Source: Chrysemys picta bellii
Taxonomy: Eukaryota
Direction of reading: 5' to 3'
NCBI RefSeq assembly: GCF_011386835.1
Contig: NC_088801.1
Location: forward strand, 36,270,001 to 36,334,000
DNA length: 64,000 bases
The position numbers and the translations under genes are program-made. Under the pieces are notes generated by a model. That model was not told the origin of the DNA, ran no database searches, and saw only the letters and a list, made by a program, of their open reading frames with translations. Positions 37,572 to 50,540 of this stretch are shown here, piece after piece (positions within the stretch are counted from its first letter, which is position 1; each line of letters opens with the position of its first letter).

Positions 37572-39281
37572 GACTAGTATATTGTCTGCTTCCTATAACA
37601 AAACTGCTTTATTTTCTTGCATTTGGTAGCTGCTGTATGACAGTTTGAAGGCCAGGCAAGTATATACCATATGATGGCATTAACTTCTTTTTTCTTAGAG
37701 TTAGAATAATTATGTAGCGACTAAGTAATTTCAGAACATAATGAACTGACTATACTTGCTTTAGTTATGTGAACTCCACAGGGGTTAAAGGTACCTAATA
37801 CAAATGTCCTTCATTCATTTTGTGAAGGGGTCCAGAAAGAACATGAAATTGATCCTCCTGTAGATTTTAATAAAAACAGTTATCACAGTATTATCAGCTG
37901 GTGATAAAGTAGGGTGGAAGCAATTAATGTTGTAAATATTACATAAAGAAAATCAAGTTCTGGAAGGCAAAGAAGAGGGTGAGTTTGTGGGGACTGAGGG
38001 ATAGAGAAAAGTTCTCCAGGTTTTTTTGGAGCTGAAGATTTAGGGGAGGGAATAAAAAGGGACTTAAGCAAGTGAAAAGAAAAGAATACTAAAACAAAAT
38101 ATAAAATAACTATTCTGATGTAGGCTTCTCTTACAGAACCGGAACTGAGTGTTGTGTGGTTAGCACACAGCAAGATTAGCAGTAATACTATGGCAAGCTC
38201 TGTTCCAGCTGGGATTTTTCCTACATCAACGATTTGTTGCAGTGATTCCGAGAAGTCAATATATATTGCTTACATAAAAGAACAATGAAGAACTACTCTA
38301 CTTTTGTATTAAATTTTAAAAGCTTTTGGGCTCAGATTTCATTTTCATTGAATGAATGAAAGCTGAAAACTGAGGCACATATCCTTAAAATGAAATTATG
38401 AGGAATAGAATGTTTGTTGACTTTTAAAAAAATGTTCTATCCTCACAAAATCCATAGTTTCAGCACTTACTCCTTAAGCTTTAGACCATGCCATGTACTT
38501 GTCATGTGTATTCATATAGCTCATATCACAAATACAAAATCAGTATGACAAAATTGTGTAACCACAGTTTGGCTCCAAGTCTGTCTCATACTGGTGGATG
38601 ATGCCACCATCAGCCTTGTTTATTCAACACTGCAGTCACGTAATCCATTTACTCACCAGCCTCACATATAAAAATACGTAACAAAAGGGCCTGTGATTGG
38701 AAATTAAAGCTCTCTCTCACTTATTGTAGAAGAAAATTCAGCTGGATGGATGCCAGCACTTAGTTAACTAAATCCTTTAAAATGTACCAAAGCCTGATAT
38801 CCTGCCTGACAGCATCATGCCCTTTATTCTGGTTCCCACTTTACTTTTGATTTGAAAATGCAGACCCTGCTCAGGCTTCTAGGGTTAAGGACAAGAGAGC
38901 CCAAATCCATTATCTTGCAGAAAGTCCTTCCTTCGTATATTCACATCAGGCAACTTTGTGAGCCAGTTTAATTGATCCAACTTTAAATACAGGGTCCTAG
39001 CACTATGCATGCTACTGTGTGATGTCAACTCTACACGTTAGCTGTAGAAGCAGTTCATCGCCTAAAGATTTCTGCAGGCTGCTGCTACAAAACTTGGGGA
39101 GTGAAAGGCCTGAACAGTGACTAAGATATATAAGTGCTGAACTCATGAGTAACGTTGGATCAAGGCCACTACTTGGGCTGTACTCAAGTCCCAATAGATG
39201 ATCCAATTCTACCATAATGGGTACATGAGACGAACCATCTCATTGTGAAGTACTCAGTGACAGCTGGTGTCAGCATCTATA

Positions 39282-39832
39282 CAGTAACTCCTCACTTAAC
39301 GTTGTAGTTATGTTCCTGAAAAATGCAACTAAGTGAAACAAGGTTAAATGAATCCAATTGTCCCATAAGATTTAATGTAAATGTGGGGGGTTAGGTTCCA
39401 AGGAATTTTTGGGGGGCAGACAAAAGGCATTATACTGTATACTGTACTGTGGTTGGGAAGTGCCCCTGGCTTACCCCACACAGGCACAGCCCACTGCAGG
39501 CAAGGATGCTAGGAAGCACCTTTGCAGCAGCAGCTTCCCCGAAGAACAGGCTTGGATTTTGCCGGGAATGCTCCAGGCCCGCCTCTTCCTGTCCCCACTC
39601 CACTCCAGGCCCACCTCTTCCCACCCCCACTCCACCTCCTCTCTGCAGCACGCCTCATCCCTCCCCCTCCCCAAAGTCCTAAGCGCCACCAAACAGCTTC
39701 CCCACTCCTGCCCCTCCCTCCCAGAAAGTCCTAAGTGCGAAGTACTGGGAGGGAGGGAGAGGAGCGGAGAAGCCCCGCATCTCCACTCCTCCCCCTCCCT
39801 CCCAGAAAATCCTAAGCACCGCTAAACAGCTG
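39282..39832. mobile_element. Truncated Tc1/pogo (Tigger-like) element
   Basis: ta|cagtaactcctcacttaacgttgtagttatgttcctg left end; first ~140 bp match 43297 onward; right TIR absent. Confidence 0.85.
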
Positions 39833-40551
39833 TCACTGAGCTGCAAGGGCTGATGAGGGAACTGCTGCTAATAGTCCACCACCAGAAGCTACATCTACTG
39901 ACTCATCAGAGTCAGGTGACTAACAGCAGACTGCTGAATTAGGGTTGCCAATTTTCTAATGGCACAAAACCGAACACCCTTGCCCCGTCCTTTCCATGAG
40001 GCCCCACCCCTGCCCCACCCCGCACTCACTCCATCCCCCCTCCCTCCATCGCTTGCTCTCCCCCACCCTCACTTTCACTTGTCTGGGAGTTGGGAAGGGG
40101 TGAGGGCTCCAGCTGGGGGTGCAGGCTCTGGGGTGGGGCCAGAAATGAGAGGTTCAGGGTATGGGAGGGGCTCCAGGCTGTGGGATGTGGGCTCTGGAAG
40201 GGGGCTCAGGACTGCGGCAGGGGTGCACGATCTGGGAGGGAGTTGGGGTGCGGGAGGGGGTTCCGACCTGGGCCAGGAGGTTTGGGGTGCAGGTTCTGGC
40301 CAGGCAATGCTTACCTCAGGTGGCTCCCAATCAGCAGTGCAGTGGAGCTAAGGCAGGCTCCCTTAAGGCCAGGCCGTGGAGAAGAGGGAGCCCCGAGGGG
40401 CCAGCGGCTGCTCCGGCTGCTGCCGGGGTGGGGGGAAGGGAGCTCTGGGTCCAGACACTGCTCCAGCCACTGCCGGAGAGGAGGGAAATCCTGAGGCCAG
40501 ACACTGCTCCGGCTGCCTTGGGACTGCTGCCAGGAGCCGCCGAGCTGCAGC

Positions 40552-40807
40552 CAGGGCCGGCTCTGGCTTTTTTGCCGCCCCAGGCAAAAAAGCCTCCTGC
40601 CGCTCCCCCAATGCGGCAGAGGAGGGCGCCGAGCTCGGCGGTGGGCCGCTCTCCCCAACCGGCCAGAGCGCCGGGGGGAGGGCGGCGAGCCCAGCCGGGT
40701 CTCCACTCTCCGCAGCGGCCAGAGCGCCGGGGGCCGCACCGCGCCACCCCCCTCCAGGTGCCGCCCCAAGCACAAGCTTGGTGGGCTGGTGCCTGGAACC
40801 GGCCCTG
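40552..40807. mobile_element. Nested hAT MITE, CAGGGCCGGC family (256 bp), opposite orientation to the 33699 copy
   Basis: TIRs cagggccggctc / gaaccggccctg; TSD gctgcagc/gctacagc. Confidence 0.9.
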
Positions 40808-40936
40808 GCTACAGCTGCTCCGGCCGCCCCTGGGACAGCTGCTTAGGCAGTCCCCAGGGCCAGCTGCATCAGCCACTGCTCAGGCAGTCCCCGGGGCCAG
40901 TTGCCTGGGGCTGCCAGAGCAGCGGCTGGCTGCAGG

Positions 40937-41198
40937 CAGGGCTGGCACTTCCATTTAGGCGACCTAAGTGGTCTCCTAGGGAACCAGGATTTGGTGGGGC
41001 GGCATTTTGCCGCCCTTGGCGGCAATTCGGTGGCGGGGGGTCCTTCTGCGCTCCAGATCTTCGTTGGCAATTCTGTGGCGTGTCCTTCACTCGCTCCGGG
41101 ACCCGCAGCGAAAGTGCCCCCCCGCAGAATTGCCGACAACGACCAGGAGTGCAGAAGGACCCCCGCCTAGGGCGCCAAAAACCCTGGCGCCGCTCCTG
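40937..41198. mobile_element. Nested hAT MITE (262 bp)
   Basis: Termini cagggctggc / gccgctcctg; perfect TSD gctgcagg. Confidence 0.85.
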
Positions 41199-43296
41199 GC
41201 TGCAGGGCTGCCTGAGTGGCTGGCTGCAGGGCTGCTCTAAGAGTGGCCGGTGTGGCTGTCCCCAGGCTCTGGGGCCAGCTGCTTGGGTGGCCCTGGGGTC
41301 AGCAACACTGACTGCTGAAGTCACGGAGGTCGCAGAAAGTCATGGAGTCCATGACTTCCACGACCTCCGTGACAAACACGGACCCCTAGTTATGACCTGT
41401 GTACAAAGTGACAATATCTATGCAGTTTATCATCACTTAATGCACCTCTGGAAGATTCTGAGGTACTATGATGAGTGCAGTAGAAGAATGTATATAGAAT
41501 AAAATCAATGCTAAGCAGCTTCAGAGTATTTACAAACTACTGGTGGAAGACTTAATTGACTGAGACAAGCCTAGATAGTGGAAAGAAAAGTTAACATTTT
41601 AAAAAAGGGTTAGTCTATTCAATACAGTATATATTACAAGTAGCAAGTAATTAAATATTAATGTAAGGTGCATAAAGATCACCTCTACCCTTAGGGAAGG
41701 AAGTGTCACTCAAAGTGATGGATTTTATTTTCCTTTTAAATTAATGGAAGTATGATAATCTGTACAAAAACTGAACTGTGAAAGTCTGCAATTATGGTAC
41801 ATGTCACAGCTATATTTAATCAGTGAACCAGGAGTGATGGGTATTAACATTTTGTTTGGAGGAGGTTTTAGAAGGTGAAGTCTAGCAAATATAATTTTAA
41901 AGTACCTCTGACTGTAAAATGATATGGGAGATGCATTTTCATGTTGACTAAATTGGTATGACACCTTTGTTCTGCCACAGGTAAGCTCATTGCAAAGACA
42001 AAGCCCTGCCATATCTTTTATTTTAAAAACCATTTATATTTTGTATTTTTGTAGGTAATCCCAAAACATCTATTAGTGGTCGGTACCTGATGTGTGTTTT
42101 TAACGATCTGTAAGTGTACAGTGTGTTCAAGAACGCTTTGTTGCTGTTAGTAACTAGAGATCATACTCACTTTTATGACAATAATAATTATCTTGACCTT
42201 GGACTTGTTTAGGCAGGATTTAAATCCTGCCAATTATAATCAGGATTTTTATCTTCATTTAATCTGAATAGTTTGTTTGGGGAAAAAATACAGAGCAGAA
42301 ACACATTTTATATATACTGAAAGCCATCAGTTACCAGAATGTACATTAGTCAGAAGTATTGGATCTTTTGATGCTAAAGAACCACTCAACAAGCATCAGT
42401 TTCAGAGACTCTGGCCTCCTGGGATACATCTAATTAATGTACACTGTTTAAATTTAAAAAGCTTTATACACACCATGTGCCCACCTTACACATCCACCTA
42501 CCCACATGTTCAGCTATTTAAAAAACAAATACATGGCAATATAGGCATCATTCATGAAGAGAGCAGATTACTGAATGCCACATTTTAAAATGGTAATGTG
42601 AAAATAAAAGTTTTTGCAAAGCAGGACAGACTGATTGTATGACAATACTGTATTAGATATGCATTTATTAATTTAATTCCCAATGTAAAATGTAGTTTTA
42701 CCATTTTGTCTAATGAATATGGAAGTAAAATTGGTTAGCTACATTAGCAGTATTATGCCTGAGGCTCTATTATGGGAGATCATTCCAGTTAGATTTCCCA
42801 AATTTAGTCTTCTGGCAACAGGGGACTTGATGCACATTTTGAGTCTAACACTGATGGAGAGGGGAAGCTATTTCTAACTTGTTTGGGGAAAATCTGAATG
42901 TCACAAATCACATGACATCCAATAACCCCACAACAGACACCCATCTTTAATGATTACTGATCTACAGAATTCTAAGTAGCACACACATAAGGGCAATGAT
43001 GTATGCCAGCCAGAAACAGCTTAGTCATAAGACAAATGATTTAATGTACTGAAAAAGCTGGCTTCTGTTGGGAGCTTTAATTTTTTTGTAACTTGCATCA
43101 ATGAACAATTGGCAGCCATCCAGCAATTTGACTTGCACAGATTACTTTTATTTAAGTACATGGTTTCTGTAAGTTCCTATCGCAAGTCAAATAAAGAGTC
43201 CCATTAGTGCTGCTGTGTTACAATACTCAGCCTTTAGTATCAATGGGATAACGTATATACTAATGTGACTTTGGGATATGGAATCTATTATTAATA

Positions 43297-44302
43297 CAGT
43301 AACTCCTTGCTTAATGTTGTAGTTATGTTCCTGAAAAATGCGACTTTAAGCGAAACGATGTTAAGCAAATCCAATTTCCCCATAAGAATTAATGTAAATA
43401 GGGAGGGGTTAGGTTCCAGGGAAATTTTTTTCACCAGACAAAAAACTATGTATTATATAGATATACATATACACACAATATATGTTTTAAACAAACAATT
43501 TAATACTGTTCACAGCTATGATGATTGTGAAGCTTGGTTGAGGTGGTGAAGTTAGAGGGTGGAAGAGGGAGGGATATTTCCCAGGGAATGCCTGGCTGCT
43601 AAATGATGAACTAGCACTCAGCTGAGCCCTCAAGGGTTAACACATTGTTGTTAATGTAGCCTCTCACACAAGGCAGCACGAACACGAGGGAGGGGAGAAG
43701 CATAGCAGACAGAGACAGACACACACTTTGTGCGTGTGTGGGAGAGAGAGAGAGAGAGATGCACACTGCCCCTTTAAATAAGCTGACCCACTCTTAAGTG
43801 CATTATCTTTTTAAGTAGATCAGGAAGTTGAGACAGCAGCTGCTGCCCCAGGCTCTCTCTGTCTCTCTCCGTGGGTGTCCCCTCCCTGCTCTATATGAAG
43901 AAGGGTAAGCGGGGTGCAGGAGCAGGGGGGAGGGGAACACCCTGACATTAGCCCCCCCACCTTTTCCCCCTGCACAGCAGGCAGGAGTCTCTGAGAGCAG
44001 CATATGGCAGTGGGGGGAGGGACAGCTGACCTGCCCAGCAATTGATAGCCTGCTGGGCAGCTGCAGCACAGGGAACTTAGGGAGCGGGGACCTGATGGGG
44101 GGGCTGCCGGTCCACCCTGTTACAAGCCCCCACCAGTTAGCTGCAACGGGCTGCTCTTCCTGCAAGCAGTGGACAAAGCAGGCAGCTGCCAAACTACTAG
44201 AAGGGAGCATTGCACAACTTTAAATGAGCATGTTCCGTAATTGATTAGCAACGTAACAATGAAACAACGTTAACCAGGACGACTTTAAGTGAGGAGTTAC
44301 TG
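43297..44302. mobile_element. Complete Tc1/pogo (Tigger-like) non-autonomous element, 1006 bp
   Basis: TIRs cagtaactccttgcttaa / ttaagtgaggagttactg with TA on both sides; internal (GA)n and (CA)n runs; no transposase ORF. Confidence 0.92.
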
Positions 44303-44359
44303 TACTTTGAATGTGTTCTGTCAGAGAACCTCAAAACACTTTACAAACAGTTACAAATT

Positions 44360-44495
44360 TAAGCCTTATCACCACCCTGAGGAAAGCAAGCTTAATTACC
44401 AAGTATCATTATCCTCATTTTTGCAGATGGGCAAACCATGGCACAGAATGGTTAAATGATTTAGTCAAGGTTACTCACATACAAAGCCTGGGACA
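44360..44495 (-). mobile_element. MIR/CORE-SINE relic
   Basis: attatcctcatttttgcagatgggcaaaccatggcacaga..ggttaaatgatttagtcaaggttac is the reverse MIR core. Confidence 0.7.
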
Positions 44496-44937
44496 GCTTT
44501 GAATACGTTTCTATACATGAGAATTGTGTGTTCTCATATAAAAAGCTATAGTGTTTTAAAAAGCAAAGCTAATTATCTCTGCATCTACAAGACTGCTTCA
44601 TAAAAGAAACATTTCCCCCCCCCCACAGGAGGTTATAATTTCATCCAAAATAGATTACTTTTGCTGTTTTAATTTAAAATAGCCTTTCTGCAAAGAGAAA
44701 AAATCCTGAAAAAACCCAAACACTCTACACTTAATATTTAACGTAAAGATATGCAGGTAATGAATGAGTTAGTTCTCTGAAAATTAAATTATATAGATAA
44801 AATCCTAAATGATTTATAATCCTGGTTGGGAAGGAACCTTAAGTAAACTCCTGTTAGGAAGAGGAGTTATGTCATACCACCATGACATCATGTCTGCAAG
44901 ATAGCGTGACAAAGGCTGAAATATGAAGGGGAACATG

Positions 44938-44968
44938 TCTCTCTCTCTCTCTCATATATATATATATC
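44938..44968. repeat. (TC)n(TA)n compound microsatellite
   Basis: tctctctctctctctcatatatatatatatc. Confidence 0.9.
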
Positions 44969-45107
44969 CTATCTCCTAGAACTGGAAGGGACCTTGAAAG
45001 GTCATCAAGTCCAGCCCCCTGCTATTCAGTCCTAAATCAGATGTTTCATTTGACACATACACGACGTACTGAGATGAAGTAAACACTGGCCAAGGCATCG
45101 TATCTAA

Positions 45108-45370
45108 GATCATATCTACACTATGAGCTAGGGCTGCAATTCCCCTGCTCACATAACACATACTCACTCTAGCTCTCTTCAAGCTAGCATGAATATAAAT
45201 AGCATTGTAGCTGTGAAAGCACGGACAGTGGCAGTGGAGACACAACTTCGCTGTGCTGAGTACATACCCACTGGTTTCAGGCTAAGCCATGCCTCCGCTG
45301 CTGCTGCCCATGCTACCTCGGATACACCACTATTTATACTCGCACTATCTCAATGAGAGAGTTTAGTCCA
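45108..45370. mobile_element. Degenerate PIF/Harbinger-type MITE
   Basis: taa|gatcatatctacact left end resembling the GTCTACACT family; right end not resolved. Confidence 0.5.
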
Positions 45371-45869
45371 GTGCTAAATATTTGCTTCTCTGACCCCATC
45401 TTCACATATTTACCCAGTCGGAAATTCTCTTAATTTAACATGCTGACAAGAATGGGGTACCCAGAAATTTGGAAAAATCTTTTTTGTGTTACAGATCTTT
45501 GTATTTCTTGAACATGCAAACTTTGAATCAATTCACTGATTCTCCATTGAGAAAAGGTGCCAGAAACTCAAATACTTATTTCACTTGACAATACTTTAAA
45601 AATCGCTTTATAAACTGGTATGTGTAAAGTGAGATAAGATCTACTATACTAGCCTTCAATTCAAAATTTTAAATGGAGAGGGGTAGCTATGGAAATCTAA
45701 ACATAAGTCTTTTCCAACATATACAAAAAGGTCAGTATGAGGAAGATGCATAAAAAAAATAAAGATTTATGCCTGTTTGTATTGCTAAAATGTTTTAGCA
45801 CAGTGAATTCTATGGAGACCCAATTGTGACCATGGAATGCAATCTCAAATTGTTCCCAGTTATTAGACA

Positions 45870-46432
45870 AAAAGGCATTAGGTAAAAATGATTAGGGGTA
45901 TGGAACAGCTTTCAAATGAGGAGAGATTAAGAAGACTGGGACTGTTCAGATTAGAAAAGAAATGCCTAAGGGGGGATATGATAGAGGTAAAATCGCAAGT
46001 AGTATGAAGAAAGTGAACACGGAAGTCTTACTTACCTCTTAATATAACACAAGAACAAGGGATCACTCAATGAAATTAATAGACAGCAGGTTTAAAACAA
46101 ACATAAGGAAGTACTTCTACATGCAACACACAGCCAACCTGTGGAACTCATTGCCAGGGGATGTTGTGAAGGCCGAAACTATAACAGGGTTCATGGAAGA
46201 TATGTCCATCAGTGGCTATTAGCCAAGACGGTCAGAGATGCAACTCCCTGCTCTGGGTGTTCCTAACCTCCTCAACTTCCAGAAGGTGGGACTGAACAAC
46301 AAGAGATGGATTTCTCGAAATTGTCCTGTTCCATTCGCTCCCTCTGAAGCATCAGGCACTGGCCACTGCCAGATGACAGGGTACTGGGCTAGATGGACCA
46401 TTGGTCTGACCCAGTATAGTTATTCTTATGTT
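45870..46432 (+). mobile_element. CR1 LINE 3' fragment (different subfamily, long 3' UTR)
   Basis: aaaatgattaggggtatggaacagc...gaggagagattaa...aacctgtggaactcattgcca...gatggaccattggtctgacccagtat...ttcttatgtt. Confidence 0.88.
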
Positions 46433-47992
46433 GAACTAGATGAAAAGGCCACACTAGTACCAATTCTTCCATTACAGTTATTTGCAAATGAGATTCTTGG
46501 AGGCCTTTGGCTCACCCCTTGCATTAGAGTCTGGGTCAGGCATGGTATTTCAATTCCCATAATTAACAATTGTATGTTACTGGGGCCTACCAGTATAACG
46601 ATGAAGCACCTGTTTTAGAACATAGATATCTTTGCATTAAACCATCTATCACTGGCAAGTAAGGAAAACAGCTTTCTTCAGAATCTGACCTAGAAATGCA
46701 ACATATAAGCCACAACAAACCTTTGCATAATATAATACAAAAATGGGGCATAACTGATTTGGGGGAAAAAAAATTGCCTGATCCTAAGGAGCTGCCATTC
46801 AATTGCAGTGCTAGCCCCAACCCACCTGGAAACTCAGAGACGGGAAAAGAGGAAACCCCTTTAAAACAATGATTCATCACTGTACAGGAAGGGAATACGT
46901 ATTACATGCCAGCTAGGAGCAGGAGCTATCACAGCACCTGAAGCCTAGCCCCTTGACTGTGAATCCAATCTCAGAGGATGAACCCAGTAAACAGAATCAC
47001 CCAAACTCCATTCACTTTTCAAGAGGGGCTGCCTCTGCTAAAAACCAGAGCTGTTACATCGACTCCTGCCAGGTCCAGCCCCCATTCAGAACTTAATGGG
47101 AGAGAGCTACACTAAACACAAAACAAAACAAAAACACCCCATGCAAAACACCACAAAATTCACTTCAAGTAAATTGGCTTTGTGCATGGCAGGACTGATA
47201 TTCCAATCAATGGGCCTGCAGATAAATTACTTTCTTATGGATCTTCATAGACATGCAGCCAGCAATCCCTACATTGGTCCATCACCAACAGACTCTTACA
47301 CACTGGCCTATTCAGAGTCAGCATGCAGCATCCCGGTGCTGACGAAGAGTCTCTGCATGGCTGTCTCCTATCTCAATGGGGTACAAATCTGTCCGAGTAC
47401 CCCAGACTTTTTTGTGGTTCTCTTATTTTAGTCATAACATCAATAATTAAATTATAAGAATGAACGAACTTAGTTATCCTGAATGCATTTAACATAAAAG
47501 TATTCCGTTCCATTAATTAAGGCTGATGTATTCAGATTCCTGTGAATGGAAGTGATTCAACACTGTATTTGTATTGATGAAAACTTGTATTAGGAAGAGA
47601 AATGGTTGTGAATTTCAGAGAGGATCTAAAATAATTAAATTTTAAAAGATCCTTTATAAAATTAACATTGTCTGCCTCCCATTTCCTGAAATACAAGTTA
47701 TAGTAAAAATGTAGTATTTAAGTGTCATTCAATGAAGGGGTTTTAGGAGACAATTCTGGTATGCTTTGTATCATAGACTCATATTAAATGAGCCATGGCA
47801 AGACAACAAAATTAATGTTCTTTTCAGTTATATAAGTTGCCTTAAAAAAAACACCTTTCCTTATGAAAAATAAAGATGTATATCACTGTGAATCACCTAT
47901 TTGTTAAAGACTAAGAGTTGGCTAGGTGCAATTGATCTGCTCAAGTCTCCCCAGGAACACCCACTTTCTCCATTTCTTCATAGGCTCCCCAG

Positions 47993-48973
47993 CTAAGTTC
48001 CCTCTAAGCTGCACAGCCACACAGCAGACTATTAAGTACCACGCAGGCACTCAAGGCTGTGGCGGGGAGAGATTCTTCTCCCCATGCCCTGGACCCAACC
48101 CAGCCTGGCCCGCGGGGACCTGCCGCGGCCCGGGGAGAGAGGCGTCTCTCCCGCAGCCCCAACCCAGCCTGGCCTGGAGCTGCCACGGAGCACCTTGTTC
48201 AGCCAAAACGCGCGTTTCCAAGCCCCGCTCACGCCAAGGCTCTGGCACAGCGGCAGCAACGCAACTCAAATGTGCCGTGCATGAAACAGGAGGAGCAGCT
48301 CTTTGCCATTATGCCCCATGTGGCAGCTCAGCGTGCTCCCCTGGCTCACCCAGGTAATAGCCAGGGAGTCAGCTGACGTAGAGCGAGCGCTGTGCGTGCG
48401 CGCTCTGGGCTGCAGCAGGTCAGCGGATTTGGGCTGGGTGCCCCTCCCACGGCTGCGGCAGCTCCGGGCCAGGACGGGTTGGGGCTGTGGGAGAGGCGCC
48501 CTTCCCACGGCCCCAACCCAGCCTGGATCTGCCTGGGCCATGGGAGAGGCACCTCTCCCCCTCCAGCCCAGGTGCTGCTGCAGGGAAAGAGAGCTGGGGG
48601 GAGTCCTCTCTTCCTGCTATAGCCCTGGGGCAGCCTGCACCCCAAACCCCTCATCCCCAGCCCCACCCCCGAGCCCGCACCTCCAGCCAGAGCCCGCACA
48701 CACACTCACCACACCCCAACCCTCTGCCCCAGGCCTGAGCCCCTCATCCCCGGCCAAACCCCAGATCCCATACCCCCAGCAGGAGCCTTCACCCCAACAC
48801 CACCAACCCCAGCCATGAGCCCCCTCCCACACTCCAAACCTCTCGGCCCCACCCTCGCCACATGAATTTTGTTATGTGCACCAAAATGGAGGTGATGTGT
48901 GACACATCACCTCCATATTGGTGCACATAAAATTCATTCCACACATGGGTGGGAAAAATTAGAGGGAACACTG
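47993..48973. mobile_element. hAT-type non-autonomous element, 981 bp
   Basis: Right TIR tagagggaacactg, decayed left TIR ctaagttccctcta; perfect 8-bp TSD ctccccag. Confidence 0.9.
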
Positions 48974-49874
48974 CTCCCCAGTAAAATTTCAGTGTTCCCA
49001 ATCCTGACTTACTCCTTGCACAACGAAGACTCTGTTGGCTATCTTCCATTGTTGCTCGATGCCCTCTTCTACTCCAAGTTGCTGACTTTATTCTGTAGAA
49101 TTTTACAACTCTCTCTCTCTCAGCCTCCTCCAACTGTTACTGGTCTGTCTTCCAGGTCCCATTGTCTTCGACTATTTTCAGATGTCATGCTTTACACTAA
49201 TGGCTATCATCTATATTACTCATCATCAAAATGCAATAGCATTTCAAAGAATATCTGAGAAGCAAAACCAGTGGTTCTCCAAAACTAGCATATGCTCTCC
49301 ATCCCTGCACATTACAATGAAATACCTTGTACCACTACAAAATACCCTTTTAAAATCTTGGACTGGAGGGAAAAGATTTTTAATAGACCCTCAAAAAATG
49401 TTCATTACTTAAAAATATACAAAATACTTGACAAAATATAATTAGTTACTTACCCCCTCATGACAACTCCAAACCCATGGTTTAATGGATTTAGTAATAT
49501 CCTTTCCTGGTTTCGACAGAAGCCAAAAGTACTTAACACCTCCCCCTGCTATAAATATTACATTTAAATAGATTTTCCCACTTACTGAAGTAATGTCACA
49601 GATTATCTGCTGTTACATACATTACAATAGAACTAAGGGTTTTTTTTAGGAATTGTTAATAAATGTTTTAAAACTAGCATCTCATTATATTTCAGTTATC
49701 AGTGCATTAACATTTAACACATAAAAGATCTGAGGAAGAGCTAGAGTTGGCATATCTGAATAGACATTCTGCATGAAGGTTTTTGATAAACACATATACT
49801 TTCCTCAGGGTTGGTGTTCATTTACAGATTTTTGTGGAATCTGGTTAGTGTTACAGCTAGCAAACGTTATCCAT

Positions 49875-50540
49875 TGTCAAGGCCGGTGTGGGGGCAGTCT
49901 GGTCTACAGGTTCACATCCAGCATTGGCAAAGGGTCCAGGAGCTAGTTACCAGGAATCAGGTTGGGTTGGAATCAGGGCCGGCTCCAGGCACCAGCCCAG
50001 CAAGCAGGTGCTTGGGGCGGCCAACAGAGAGGGGCAGCAAGTCCGGCTCTTCAGCGGCGGGTCCCTCACTCCCTCTCAGAGGGAAGGACCCCCTGCCGAA
50101 GACTGAAGCGGCGGCGGTAGAGCAGATAGCGATCATGGCCTTTTTTTTTTTTTTTTTTTTGCTGCCCCAAGCAGCGCAAACCCTGGAGCCAGCCTTGGTT
50201 GGAATGCCAGAAAATCAGAATCAAGAGACAAACTGGAAGGCAGAGATCAAGAGTCAGTTACCAAGAGTCAGGATAAGAAGACAGGAACAAGTCAACACCA
50301 GTCTAACACTCCACAGCAAGTGAAACCCAGCTGTACAGACTACTTCCTGTTTCCTCTTCTGTCTTAAATAGGGGCTGCAGCCCAATGAGGAGCCTTAGAG
50401 CTCTCCCAATCAGAGCATAGGGGAAGGGACTTGTGGACCAGTTGGGCTTCATGGACCGCAGTCCCAGCTGTTGTCTGTGGGTGGAGGATTGGCATACGAT
50501 GACTCCCAGGACCCCCACATACCAGGGTTTGAGACTGACA
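49875..50540 (-). mobile_element. Solo LTR-like element interrupted by a MITE
   Basis: tgtcaagg ... actgaca termini; TATA-like tatttaag and attgg boxes on the minus strand; no clean TSD. Confidence 0.55.
49974..50197. mobile_element. hAT-type MITE, CAGGGCCGGC family (224 bp)
   Basis: TIRs cagggccggctccag / ctggagccagccttg; perfect TSD gttggaat. Confidence 0.92.

Larger units (their letters stand above)
39940..41388. mobile_element. Composite GC-rich DNA transposon block (tagggttgcca left end, gtgacaaacacggacccta right end) hosting two nested MITEs
   Basis: The two outer termini come from different families and the flanks (tgctgaat / gttatgac) do not form a TSD, so this is probably two truncated elements. 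Confidence 0.7.

Noticed and set aside
39940-41388. One intact 1.45-kb transposon, and the 265-aa and 237-aa ORFs over it
   Set aside because: Outer termini belong to different families and there is no TSD; the ORFs cross nested MITE boundaries, so they are chimeric.
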